Source of the DNA: an uncultured Spirochaetota bacterium
GTDB lineage: Bacteria > Spirochaetota > UBA4802 > UBA5550
Reading direction: 5' to 3'
Length of the DNA: 64,000 bases
Assembly: GCA_963827275.1 (NCBI GenBank)
Contig: CAWHAA010000004.1
Coordinates: forward strand, 320,001-384,000
Shown: positions 39,896 to 50,851 of the stretch, piece after piece
Numbering within the stretch: the first letter of the stretch is position 1
Layout of the letters: each line of letters opens with the position of its first letter
Translations under genes and position numbers: made by a program
Notes under the pieces: generated by a model
The model's input: only the letters and a program-made list of their open reading frames with translations
The model's database searches: none
Told to the model about the DNA's origin: nothing

Positions 39896-40387
39896 ATGAT
39901 GGAATTTTCCCATTATTCAAAGGACGGCACCCCCGTCATGGTCGATATATCCCAGAAGAAGGTGACCATGCGCACCGCCAGGGCCGCCGGTTTTGTCCGC
40001 CTCCAGCCGGCCACGCTCGACCTGATTGAGAAGCGCCTTCTTCCCAAAGGGGACCTTTTCCAGATCGCAAAGGTTGCCGGTATCATGGCGGCCAAGAGGA
40101 ACGCGGAGCTGATTCCAATGTGCCATCCCCTGGCCCTTTCATTTATCGACGTTACCATTGTCATGGACCGCGGAAAGGGCGGCGTGGCGGTCAATTCCGA
40201 GGTGCGGCTCGAGGGGAAAACAGGGGCTGAAATGGAGGCGTTGATGGCGGTGTCAATCGCCGCACTCACTGTCTATGACATGTGCAAGGCGGTGGATAAG
40301 ACGATGGTTATCGAAGATATTAAAGTGACAGAAAAAACCGGCGGGAAATCTGACCCGTCACTGCGCCCTGATGCCAGCCAGAAGTAG
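39896..40387 (+). CDS. moaC: Cyclic pyranopterin monophosphate synthase
   Basis: MVDISQK, LIPMCHP, TGAEMEAL and YDMCKAVD motifs. Confidence 0.97.
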   Translation: MMEFSHYSKDGTPVMVDISQKKVTMRTARAAGFVRLQPATLDLIEKRLLPKGDLFQIAKVAGIMAAKRNAELIPMCHPLALSFIDVTIVMDRGKGGVAVNSEVRLEGKTGAEMEALMAVSIAALTVYDMCKAVDKTMVIEDIKVTEKTGGKSDPSLRPDASQK

Positions 40388-40530
40388 TTAGCTTTCACTC
40401 AAATTCCCTTGATTTTACCAAATCGTTGAAAATTCAATGGATTGGTATTTTAATTTAAAATAATTTTTAATAATTGACAAAAAAAGGCTATAATTGAACT
40501 TGATTAATTGTAAAAATATATATATTAATA

Positions 40531-40566
40531 TATTGTTAGCACTCTTTTTAATGAGTGCTAACAATA
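40531..40566 (+). promoter_or_regulatory. CIRCE element (HrcA operator)
   Basis: TTAGCACTC-N8-GAGTGCTAA with arms extended to 14 bp, upstream of groES. Confidence 0.9.
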
Positions 40567-40684
40567 ATATAAAAAATATATTTTAATATATTAATTAAAA
40601 TATATGTCTATTCTTCAATAATTAGAAGAATTTCCTCTTTTTACGAGGAAAAAAATAATCACTGAGTCCATAAGGAGGAAGGAA

Positions 40685-40969
40685 GTGGCATTAAAACCTA
40701 TAGGCGATCGTGTCGTCATCGAATTACTGGAACAGGAAGCGGAGAAAGTCGGGTCAATCTATGTTCCTGATACCGCGAAAGAAAAGCCCCAGCAGGGAAA
40801 AATTATCGCAGTCGGTCAGGGCAAACGTGATGGCAAGGATCTCATTCCCATGACGGTAAAGGTTGGAGACACCGTTCTCTTCAGCAGGTACGGCGGAATG
40901 GAAGTCAAACATGGCGGCAAGGATTATCTAATCCTGTCAGAAGGCGACGTGCTGGCTATCGTTGATTAA
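40685..40969 (+). CDS. groES: Co-chaperonin GroES
   Basis: KPIGDRV and PDTAKEKPQQG motifs; SD AAGGAGG; GTG start. Confidence 0.98.
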   Translation: MALKPIGDRVVIELLEQEAEKVGSIYVPDTAKEKPQQGKIIAVGQGKRDGKDLIPMTVKVGDTVLFSRYGGMEVKHGGKDYLILSEGDVLAIVD

Positions 40970-41008
40970 TTCCGGCGTCCAATTCAGTTACGACAACAAA
41001 ATATTTAA

Positions 41009-42661
<1,653 letters not shown>

Positions 42662-42701
42662 GATACTGCCAACGCCCGAACCATTATTCGAGTCAAACCT
42701 G

Positions 42702-42736
42702 CGGCCGGGGCCCATATCCCCGGCCGTTTTATTTTT
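42702..42736 (+). terminator. Intrinsic terminator after groEL
   Basis: CGGCCGGGG-N7-CCCCGGCCG followed by TTTTATTTTT. Confidence 0.85.
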
Positions 42737-42922
42737 CACCTGCCCCTCACCCGCCCGGCGGCCGCGGCGGTCCCGCATGCTCACGGAAAACATGGCGTCG
42801 CTGTCAAAAAAGAAATAATTCAGATAAATGAGCGATATTCCGATCATTGATACGGGGAATCGTGAAACATTGCAGGCGGAGTCCCCGGGGAAGCCGTGTG
42901 CAAAAAAAGTCAATATGGATGT

Positions 42923-43807
42923 ATGATGGATACCGTTCCGCTCGTGCTGCCGAACAGGCTTAAAGACACGTATGATTTTGAATACGTGATAGATATGCAG
43001 GACGCAATATACGGCCAGGCCGCAGGGCTTGACCTGTCGCGCATATCCTTCATAGAGCCGTATTCAATGCTCTCGCTGCTGCTTCTCGGCAGGAACTATT
43101 TGAGGAAAAGCGGCAACAAGCTCAGGCTGACCGGCATCCCGATCAATATCCACCAGTACCTTCACCGGATGGATTTCTTCAAAACAGGGGTCTTCGACGT
43201 GCCCGAGCGCCTTAACGAGAAGCTCCTGCTGAAGCGGAGCACGTTCAGCAACCGGGTGCTCGAGATCACCGAGATCCCGAACAAGGAGCGGGAAAGCGTC
43301 CGCATCATATCAGGGATCGTCGGCGTTTTCAGGAAGCGGGCCGAGCACATATTGAAGTACTGGCTTTCGGACCGCATTACGGATTATTTCGTCACGGTGA
43401 TCTCCGAGATCTGCCAGAATATATACGAGCACAGCCTCGACTCGGGCTACCTCGCGATGCAGACGTATTCGGTGGGCAAGGAAAATATCGTGCGGCTGTC
43501 GATCGGCGATTCGGGCATCGGTATATTGAAGAGCTTTGAAAACAACGGCGTGCGGTATGACTCGCCCGCCCACCTGATTGAGCTGGCGGTCACGACGCCC
43601 ATATCGAGCAAGCGGGAGTTCGGCTACGGGCTCTGCCAGGTGAACGCCATCGTGGAGAAGCTGAAGGGGTCGATATTTTTACGGTCGGGAAACGCGTCGG
43701 TATCGACGCTGTATCAGAAAAAGTCGGCAGGCTCTTCCTACCTGTTCCAGAAGAACGACCTGCGTCCCTTCGACGGGACGCAGATTTCAATATCATTGAC
43801 GGGATAG
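42923..43807 (+). CDS. STAS-like plus GHKL/HATPase protein (RsbW/SpoIIAB-like Ser kinase fold)
   Basis: N-terminal LDLSRISFIEP..YLHRMDFF; N-box EICQNIYEHS, G1 IGDSGIGI, G2 GYGL and GTQISI; no recognisable H-box. Confidence 0.8.
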   Translation: MMDTVPLVLPNRLKDTYDFEYVIDMQDAIYGQAAGLDLSRISFIEPYSMLSLLLLGRNYLRKSGNKLRLTGIPINIHQYLHRMDFFKTGVFDVPERLNEKLLLKRSTFSNRVLEITEIPNKERESVRIISGIVGVFRKRAEHILKYWLSDRITDYFVTVISEICQNIYEHSLDSGYLAMQTYSVGKENIVRLSIGDSGIGILKSFENNGVRYDSPAHLIELAVTTPISSKREFGYGLCQVNAIVEKLKGSIFLRSGNASVSTLYQKKSAGSSYLFQKNDLRPFDGTQISISLTG

Positions 43808-43819
43808 AGAATATTCAAC

Positions 43820-44368
43820 ATGGTAATCAGCATAAATAAAAAAGCTCAGGAGCTCAGGCTCAAAACCCCGGACCTGATCACCCGGCATGTCGGCCGCGTC
43901 ATGTATGATTCGATCAGGAAGACCGTTGAGGCCGTCAATGACGGCGAGACACTGGTGCTCGATTTCGGGGGGATCAAGGTCATTGATTCGTCGTTTATCG
44001 ACGAGATGCTGGTCAGGCTGATACTCGATTCGCGTTCGCCGGAGCGGCCTTTCTTCGTGAGGCTGAAGAACGTATCTGAAATCGCTGAAATCAACATAGA
44101 CCTCGTGTTCCGCTCCTATTCAAATTATAAAAATAAAAAAATAGTTGTAATAACCGAAAACATCTGTCAGAATAATTCGTTCTTTATCGGGCCGCTGTCG
44201 GACCGGGAACGGGACATTCTGGCATACCTGAGGGTGAACAAGTCCATTACCGTGGATGACGTTGCCGCTTTTACCGGACGACCCGGGGAAGAAGCAAAAA
44301 AAATAATGGACGAGCTGTACGCGATGCGCGCGGCGAGGGACCTCGACGGCGTGTATTTTTCGGTATAG
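43820..44368 (+). CDS. STAS-like (DUF4325-type) domain fused to a C-terminal winged HTH
   Basis: LVLDFGGIKVIDSSFIDE; C-terminal LSDRERDILAYL..SITVDDVA..GEEAKKIMDEL. Confidence 0.7.
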   Translation: MVISINKKAQELRLKTPDLITRHVGRVMYDSIRKTVEAVNDGETLVLDFGGIKVIDSSFIDEMLVRLILDSRSPERPFFVRLKNVSEIAEINIDLVFRSYSNYKNKKIVVITENICQNNSFFIGPLSDRERDILAYLRVNKSITVDDVAAFTGRPGEEAKKIMDELYAMRAARDLDGVYFSV

Positions 44369-44404
44369 CCCGGTGCGGTCCGGAGCATCCCTTACGAAAA
44401 ACGG

Positions 44405-44914
44405 GTGGAGCAGCGGATGAAGCCGCAAGAAAAAAACATCAGCAGGGTAAAAGACGACAGCCTCTACGGGCTCCTCTCCTCCTATAAATCAAATTATACC
44501 TATTTCCGGATCCTTGTCTCCGAGGCGGATGATTCGATCCTGGTCCAGCTGACCGACAATCCGAAGAATTTCGAGCCGGCGCCGGGAGAACGGTATGTAA
44601 ACTACCGGCCGCTCAGAAGGCTCGAGGTTGGCGTGACGAGGCTGTTCCTGAAATACCTGGTGCCGGCAAACCTCGTCGCGGTACTGGGCCCGCTCCTGGA
44701 ATTCAACATCCCGCCGGACAGGGTCGTGATCACCGACAGCATCAGGAAAAGCGGCATCTACGCCATTGAAACGAATGTGAAGCACAGGATGAAGATCATT
44801 CAGGGGGTGCGCAAAATCCTCAACATGAGCCCCCAGAAAAAATATGAGATAGTGGAAAAATATCTTTCCGGCAACCAGGAAAAACACCATGACCGAACAG
44901 AACGATTCATTTAG
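44405..44914 (+). CDS. Hypothetical protein
   Basis: 169-aa ORF with host-like codon usage; overlaps the next gene. Confidence 0.7.
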   Translation: MEQRMKPQEKNISRVKDDSLYGLLSSYKSNYTYFRILVSEADDSILVQLTDNPKNFEPAPGERYVNYRPLRRLEVGVTRLFLKYLVPANLVAVLGPLLEFNIPPDRVVITDSIRKSGIYAIETNVKHRMKIIQGVRKILNMSPQKKYEIVEKYLSGNQEKHHDRTERFI

Positions 44915-45911
44915 CGAGAAATCCCGGCAGGTCGACAGGGCGATGAGGTATACCCACGGGGACATCATCAAGGCCAAGGAGATGGTTTCCGGCCAGTACC
45001 TTGATGTCATGGTGGTGAAGGGGAAATTCCTTATTGAAAAGAAGGGGATATCCGGCATGTTTCTGGCGTTTTTCAACTATATCCAGGAGTATATCCCCTG
45101 CGTGGAAGCAATCATATCGTCCAAGCCGGTACTGTTCGAGAAGACGCGGATCTTCGACGACTGGAAGGTCCTCAACAAGGACATCGAGGCCTACAAGGGC
45201 AGCCCCGACATGATGGATTCGCATAATTTCACCTATTTCCTGATAGATTCATTCATCGGGTACGACGTATTTCCTGATGTGCAGGAGAATAATATCGCGG
45301 GCCTGACGAAAACAATCACGGAGATCATTGCCAGGTCGTTCAATGCCGCTGCCATCAAATGCCAGGTCGAGACGGAAACCTCCAGCTCGCTTGCGCTCGA
45401 CCTTGCCGGGGTGACCATCGAGCTGCCCGGCGCCGAGGCCCAGGAGGAGAAGGTCCTCACCGAGGAAGACCAGCGCATCGTGAATATCGAGAAGGAGGCG
45501 AAGTATGTCGTCGAGGGTAAGGCCATCCTCTCGCCGGTCCGCGGGAAAAACGCGAGCGACCTGGCCCCCGGTGACAAGATCAGGGTCATGCTTTCCGGGA
45601 ACGACCTGGTGACGGCAAAAATTCTGAAGCTGCTGAATGCGTATGATCCAGACGGCTCGCGCCTTCCGATCACCGGCAGGATAAAGGCGCGGGTGCCGAT
45701 GGAAAAGGGAGGCTACATGCTGTACGCGTTCGTGGCCAAGGGGGCCCTGGCGAAGATATTCGAGGAGGAGAATGTCAAAATTATGGTCGATGCCCCGCAG
45801 GATGAATTCGCGCAAACCACCCCCCGGTTTGACAGGTGGCTGATATATGTCCTCGCCCTGCTGCTCGGGCTCATCGTGCTGAGCGGAATAGTCCTCCTGC
45901 AGATACTGTGA
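44889..45911 (+). CDS. Hypothetical tail-anchored membrane protein
   Basis: 340-aa ORF; single C-terminal TM segment WLIYVLALLLGLIVLSGIVLL. Confidence 0.8.
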   Translation: MTEQNDSFSEKSRQVDRAMRYTHGDIIKAKEMVSGQYLDVMVVKGKFLIEKKGISGMFLAFFNYIQEYIPCVEAIISSKPVLFEKTRIFDDWKVLNKDIEAYKGSPDMMDSHNFTYFLIDSFIGYDVFPDVQENNIAGLTKTITEIIARSFNAAAIKCQVETETSSSLALDLAGVTIELPGAEAQEEKVLTEEDQRIVNIEKEAKYVVEGKAILSPVRGKNASDLAPGDKIRVMLSGNDLVTAKILKLLNAYDPDGSRLPITGRIKARVPMEKGGYMLYAFVAKGALAKIFEEENVKIMVDAPQDEFAQTTPRFDRWLIYVLALLLGLIVLSGIVLLQIL

Positions 45912-45913
45912 GC

Positions 45914-46801
45914 ATGACCATGGACGGGAAGGCCGCGCGCGCACTCCTGTTTTTCCTCCTTCCGGCGCTTTTCGCGCAGATGCCGGACTGGAAGTACTTC
46001 AGGGACCGGCAGGGCAACGCCTATTTTTTTGACCAGGCGGGGAAGATCCATATCACCGATGCCGTTGAGTACAGGTACCGGCCGGTATCTCCGGCGGGCA
46101 TCGATTATTTCCTGGAGTATGCGACCACCCTCATCAATGAGCACCGCCCCGCCGAGGGGATCTCCGTGCTCAAGTCGATATGCGCGCTCCCGGCCGGCAA
46201 CAACCGGATCGTGCGGGCGCAGAAGCGGGCAGCGGAGCTTCTCAACGCCTTGAAAAGGAGAAATGGCCCGCGGTTTGACGCGATGAATGAATCGTCGTCG
46301 CTGATCCTTTACAGCCTTGACGGCGCCACCACGGTCATCAATGACCGGATGCGGTATTCATTCAGGGCCCCCGAACGGATCGATGTCGTCCGGAAGCGCG
46401 ACCGGCGGCGCCTTGAATACCGGTACTCGGGGATACAGTTCGGCGTCCGGACAGCGGGAAATGCCGCCGCGTCCGGCGGCGCCTATGATTTCCTTGTTGC
46501 GGTGGACAGCGAGAAGTTTTCCGTCCCCCTGCGGGACCTGTCCGAGGCGGTTGACGTGTGGAGGGGAACTATCGGGCACCAGGGCCTTACGCGTGAGGTG
46601 CTGGAGCAGGCGGCGGACCGGGTCCTGTACCTCTTCAAAAGCGGCGATCGTCCCGATTACGCGGGTATCGAGGGGATTATTTTCAACGGGAAGTACAGCC
46701 ATTACGTCCGCATCATCGCTTCCGGTCCGGGCTACCGCGAATACGGCGGGCTCATGCGGACAATGATACGCGGGTTCACAACCGTTTCCGGCGAGCGGTG
46801 A
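45914..46801 (+). CDS. Hypothetical exported protein
   Basis: Signal peptide ALLFFLLPALFA-Q; start region abuts the upstream stop codon. Confidence 0.7.
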   Translation: MTMDGKAARALLFFLLPALFAQMPDWKYFRDRQGNAYFFDQAGKIHITDAVEYRYRPVSPAGIDYFLEYATTLINEHRPAEGISVLKSICALPAGNNRIVRAQKRAAELLNALKRRNGPRFDAMNESSSLILYSLDGATTVINDRMRYSFRAPERIDVVRKRDRRRLEYRYSGIQFGVRTAGNAAASGGAYDFLVAVDSEKFSVPLRDLSEAVDVWRGTIGHQGLTREVLEQAADRVLYLFKSGDRPDYAGIEGIIFNGKYSHYVRIIASGPGYREYGGLMRTMIRGFTTVSGER

Positions 46802-46806
46802 GCGCC

Positions 46807-47274
46807 CTATGCGCCGGTATATTCAAGCGCGCTCTCATTGCAGGTTTCCTGCCTCGTGCAGTTGATGCAGTCCTTCCAGATTTTTTCCGGCAGCGTGTCC
46901 ATGTTGATGGCGGAAAACCCGTTTTTTTCGAAGAACGCGGGCGCGTAGGTGAGGACAAAGATTTTCGGATTGTTCCCGCCCGTGAGCCCCGCTATGAGCC
47001 TGTGCAGAAGCGCTGACCCGATGCCGCGCCGCAGGTATTTCTTTGCAACGGCGAGGGAGCGGACCTCTTTTAAATGGTCCCCGTAGTCATAAAACGTGAT
47101 AACGCCTGCGACCGCCCCGTGTATATCGGCGACAAGGTAATTATGCAGGTTGTCGTGTATATCGTCAATGCTGCGGGAGAGAAGAATGCCTTCCTCGGCG
47201 TAGGAGTCTATGATCCGGTATATGGAATCGATGTCCCCCGCGACGGCGTTCCTGACTGAGACGGTTGATTTCAA
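46807..47274 (-). CDS. GNAT N-acetyltransferase, short ArgA-like
   Basis: YAEEGILLSR, EVRSLAV..RRGIG, FVLT..FF and LPEKIWKDC..C motifs. Confidence 0.88.
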   Translation of the reverse strand: MKSTVSVRNAVAGDIDSIYRIIDSYAEEGILLSRSIDDIHDNLHNYLVADIHGAVAGVITFYDYGDHLKEVRSLAVAKKYLRRGIGSALLHRLIAGLTGGNNPKIFVLTYAPAFFEKNGFSAINMDTLPEKIWKDCINCTRQETCNESALEYTGA

Positions 47275-47382
47275 TAATGATCCCTTCGCTTGTTTTACAG
47301 CGTCCGCCGGCGGGCGCGGCCGGCCACTATTTTCAGGTCCGGTCGAGGCCGGGCAGGAGCATCGCTCTGAAAATGAGTGATG

Positions 47383-48000
47383 CTACCTTTTTATAATCAG
47401 GGTGTTTTCCGCAAGCGAATATTTCTTATAACCGGAAATTTTTTTGAGGGCTTCTTTGGCGTCCTCCCCGCTCCGGTAGGGACCGACATATATGCGGTAG
47501 AGGGACTTGTTCCTGGAGAGGATGACCGTGTGGCCCCTGCGGCTGAGGAACCCGGCTATCTTTTTGGACATGTCCCTGTCGTGCTCACTGGTCACCCGGA
47601 TGACATAGGGATAGCTCGTTTTGGGGAAGAGGTTGTCCTGCTGCGCCGGTACGGAGGGCGCTTCATTCGCGAGGAGAGAGAAGTTTCTGCCGATGTCCGC
47701 CACCGCATTGAAGGTCTTCTTGTCGACAATCTCGCGCTGGGCGCCGCCGGTGAATTTGATGCCGATCACGATACCGGCGGTAAATGATATGATGCAGAGC
47801 GCCGTGATGAAGAAGAACGTCCTGCTTGCCTTCTTCCTGATCCGTTCCGCCTCCCGCGGGGTGTTCTGGGCGACCCGGGGAAAATATTCCGGGTCAAAGT
47901 CGTCGGCGAAATGCGGCGGTACGGTCCGTATATTTTTTCTTTCATAAAAGTCGATATTTTGCATGATCATGGCCTCATCAGGATGATATCCGGGCGACAT
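47383..48000 (-). CDS. SPOR-domain membrane protein
   Basis: One TM segment; C-terminal YRIYVGPY.S.EDA..AL; SD AAAGGAG before the ATG at 48000. Confidence 0.8.
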   Translation of the reverse strand: MSPGYHPDEAMIMQNIDFYERKNIRTVPPHFADDFDPEYFPRVAQNTPREAERIRKKASRTFFFITALCIISFTAGIVIGIKFTGGAQREIVDKKTFNAVADIGRNFSLLANEAPSVPAQQDNLFPKTSYPYVIRVTSEHDRDMSKKIAGFLSRRGHTVILSRNKSLYRIYVGPYRSGEDAKEALKKISGYKKYSLAENTLIIKR

Positions 48001-48162
48001 ATTCTCCTTTAAAATTCGACATTGTTGGATAATTGCATAAGAAATAAATTTCTGTCCCGGACAAAATGACTGGCGCACGGCGGGAAGCGGGTGCGGTATA
48101 AATTCCAGGACACAGGTTTTTTTTCTTGATTCGCAGGGGGTTTGTTCTATAAGATTGGCGTC

Positions 48163-48516
48163 ATGATTGAAATTACCGATAACGGCTCATATTTCACGAT
48201 ATCGATCAAGATCGAGGAACTGGATTTCATCAAGACCCCGAAGTTCTCCGACTACATGAAGGAGAAACTGAATGAGATGAGCTATCCCAACATCATTCTC
48301 GACCTCGAAAAGCTGTATTATATCGATTCGACGGGATTGAGCTTCCTGATCAATATCAGCCGCAAGATCAGGGAGAGCAGCAATGAAATGGTGGTGGTAT
48401 GCTCCAGCGCAAAGATTCTGCAGCTTTTTGATATAGCGAAAATAGGCATGTTTTTTAAAATATTCGACACAATTGAAAACGCGGAGATGTATCTGGTTTC
48501 AAGAAAGGGGATATAA
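48163..48516 (+). CDS. STAS-domain anti-sigma factor antagonist
   Basis: ELDF, IILDLEKLYYIDSTGL and LFDI motifs. Confidence 0.88.
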   Translation: MIEITDNGSYFTISIKIEELDFIKTPKFSDYMKEKLNEMSYPNIILDLEKLYYIDSTGLSFLINISRKIRESSNEMVVVCSSAKILQLFDIAKIGMFFKIFDTIENAEMYLVSRKGI

Positions 48517-48542
48517 TCAAGCGTTCACCCCGCCTGTCGTGG

Positions 48543-49265
48543 TTACAGTCCCGCCATTTTTCTTAGCGTCCTCAGCTCGGCTTCAGTCAAAACCCGGCAC
48601 GATCCCTTTCGCAGCCTGCTCATCCTGAGAGAACCATACGCGGTCCGTTCGAGGCTCTTTATCCGGTACCCGAGGTTTGAGAAGGTGTAGCGTATCTGAC
48701 GGTTTTTCCCCTCGGTCAGCACGATCCTGACCAGCAGGCGTCGCTCGTCAACGCATTCCGCCTCGGCCGGCCGTGTCTTTATGTCAAGCTGGGGGATATA
48801 GATTCCCTTGCAGATGGCGAGGCGGTCAGCGTCCTCGAGGGGACGGTCAATCTCGGCCAGGTACTCTTTTGGAATGTGAAAATCAGGCTTCGTGAGGCGA
48901 TAGGCGAGATCGCCGTCGTTTGTCAGGAAGAGCAGCCCCGAGGTGTCGCGGTCAAGCCGCCCGACCGGATACACGCCCGAGCGCTTGAATTTTTCCGGGA
49001 CCAGGTCCATGACCGTGGGCCGGTTCTTTTCGTCGCTGACCGTGGTTATGTAGCCGCGCGGCTTGTTCAGGAGGAGGTAGTGGCGCCGCTCGAACGGCGC
49101 GACCGGAGAGCCGTCCAGCGTGACGCGGTCGCCCGGGAGGACGACCGTCGACAGGACCGCCTTCGCGCCGTTGACGCGGACCCTGCCGGAGGTGATCAGG
49201 GCCTCAACATTCCTCCTGGACCCGAGGCCGCACGACGCGAGATATTTATTCAGGCGTGTTTCCAT
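48543..49265 (-). CDS. rRNA pseudouridine synthase (RsuA/RluB family)
   Basis: S4 domain; LNKPRG, VGRLDRDTSGLL and EGKNRQIR motifs. Confidence 0.93.
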   Translation of the reverse strand: METRLNKYLASCGLGSRRNVEALITSGRVRVNGAKAVLSTVVLPGDRVTLDGSPVAPFERRHYLLLNKPRGYITTVSDEKNRPTVMDLVPEKFKRSGVYPVGRLDRDTSGLLFLTNDGDLAYRLTKPDFHIPKEYLAEIDRPLEDADRLAICKGIYIPQLDIKTRPAEAECVDERRLLVRIVLTEGKNRQIRYTFSNLGYRIKSLERTAYGSLRMSRLRKGSCRVLTEAELRTLRKMAGL

Positions 49266-49989
49266 TAACGGTGGCCCCCTTTTTCGGCGGGGCCGTCTTG
49301 GTTATTTCAGGCTCCGGGCTGACCTCCATTGATATCTTGGTGAACCTGAGCTCGAAGTCCTTCATTCCTTTCTTTATGATAAAATCATTACCGCGCTTCA
49401 CCAGGTCAAGGTTGCTTTTGAATGAAGTCCCGCCGGAGAATTCGATCTCGTTTTTTTTGAAATTGACCTTATAAGTGCCAGTGAGTTGCCGCTCTTCGCC
49501 GCCCTTCAGGTATGACCGGTACGCGCCACTGTCGTATATCTCAAGGCAGTGCTCGGTGAAATCGCCGAACTCGTTTGTGCTCCACCATTTTCCCGCGAGG
49601 TAGTGCCGGATCCTGGTCATCTCGCCTTCCATGAAACTGGAGACTTCCCGGTCCATGGCGTCCCTGCCGGCGGAATAGTGTATCGAGATATTCTGGCCGA
49701 AGACCCATCCCGTGCTGCTGTCCTTTACGCGTATCCTGTACCAGTAATCACTTGACCGGCCGACCCAGCCCTTTTCCCTGGATTTCTCGAGCACCTGGAC
49801 GCTTGTTCCCTTGCCAAGCGTTGTGACGATACCGGCGAAGATCATCGGGTCGATCCTTACCGCGGTGTTTTCCTTCAAAACAATGCCGTAGGTGTCTTTT
49901 GTGATTACAGCGTCCCTGTTCCCGCAGGAAAGGGAGAGTACGAGCGCAAGCAGCGCCGTGATCGCTATCCAGTTTTTTCCGGTTCTCAT
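49246..49989 (-). CDS. SH3b-domain lipoprotein
   Basis: Lipobox LSLSC; WYRIR..GWVFG motif. Confidence 0.8.
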   Translation of the reverse strand: MRTGKNWIAITALLALVLSLSCGNRDAVITKDTYGIVLKENTAVRIDPMIFAGIVTTLGKGTSVQVLEKSREKGWVGRSSDYWYRIRVKDSSTGWVFGQNISIHYSAGRDAMDREVSSFMEGEMTRIRHYLAGKWWSTNEFGDFTEHCLEIYDSGAYRSYLKGGEERQLTGTYKVNFKKNEIEFSGGTSFKSNLDLVKRGNDFIIKKGMKDFELRFTKISMEVSPEPEITKTAPPKKGATVNGNTPE

Positions 49990-50260
49990 GGTGTTCACGT
50001 CCTTTTATCCAGCCGGTGTTTATAAAAATCCGTGTCAGCCTAATTTTCAAGTATTTTCTTCCAAGCGCTCTTTTTTATTGATTAAAATGGGAGACCGGGA
50101 TTTTTTATTGCGGGCGGTCAATTATGGCATGTCCCTGTTGAAATTCTCTTGACGACTGGCGCTCATGTTGTACATATAATCAACGGGATGTACCATGCGC
50201 GCGGCATGACGCCGGTGCGGATACGACTGTTATCATCTGGGGGAATGGATAGATACGGCA

Positions 50261-50851
50261 ATGCAGGTACGGGAAATTTTCAAGGACAGAATCTTCACCA
50301 TCTCGAATATGCTGACGGCGCTTCGAATTGTTTTGGGGCCGCTCCTTGGATATTTTATCTACAAGGAATCGGTCACCGGCGATCCCTTCTATCTCAAATG
50401 TGAAGTGGCGGTGGTGGTCGGCATCATCCTCTCGGATTTCTTTGACGGAAAGCTCGCACGGTGTATGAACCAGGTGACGAAACTGGGACAGTACATGGAT
50501 CCCATTGCCGACAAGTTCGCCGCGCTCATAGCCATGACGTTCCTTGTCCTGTTCAAGGGATTCCCCCTCTGGGTATACATCTTCGCCCTCGCGCGCGAGA
50601 TTCTTGCCGTCATCGCAGGGATATTGCTCTACATGAAAAGGGACATCGAAGTCAGGCCGAATATTTTTGGCAAGCTCTGCGCGGGCGCCCTGGCCTTTTC
50701 CGGCGCCGTCTATGTGATGAACCTTGACTACGCGGTCGGCGGCGTCACCCTCAAACAATTCTCCATTTTTCTGGTCGTCATGTTTTACGTGCTTGGAGGG
50801 GTCCTGTACGTAAAGACCTATGCGCGGAGCCGTCGTGAAAAAAAGGCTTAG
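50261..50851 (+). CDS. CDP-alcohol phosphatidyltransferase (PgsA-like)
   Basis: SNMLTALR and SDFFDGKLAR..T.LG..MDPIADK motifs. Confidence 0.9.
   Translation: MQVREIFKDRIFTISNMLTALRIVLGPLLGYFIYKESVTGDPFYLKCEVAVVVGIILSDFFDGKLARCMNQVTKLGQYMDPIADKFAALIAMTFLVLFKGFPLWVYIFALAREILAVIAGILLYMKRDIEVRPNIFGKLCAGALAFSGAVYVMNLDYAVGGVTLKQFSIFLVVMFYVLGGVLYVKTYARSRREKKA

Noticed and set aside
40388..40684. AT-rich island as horizontally acquired DNA or a replication origin (also 13665-14014 and 63770-64000)
   Set aside because: Many promoter-bearing spacers in the window are AT-rich, and no DnaA-box cluster or mobility gene was seen.
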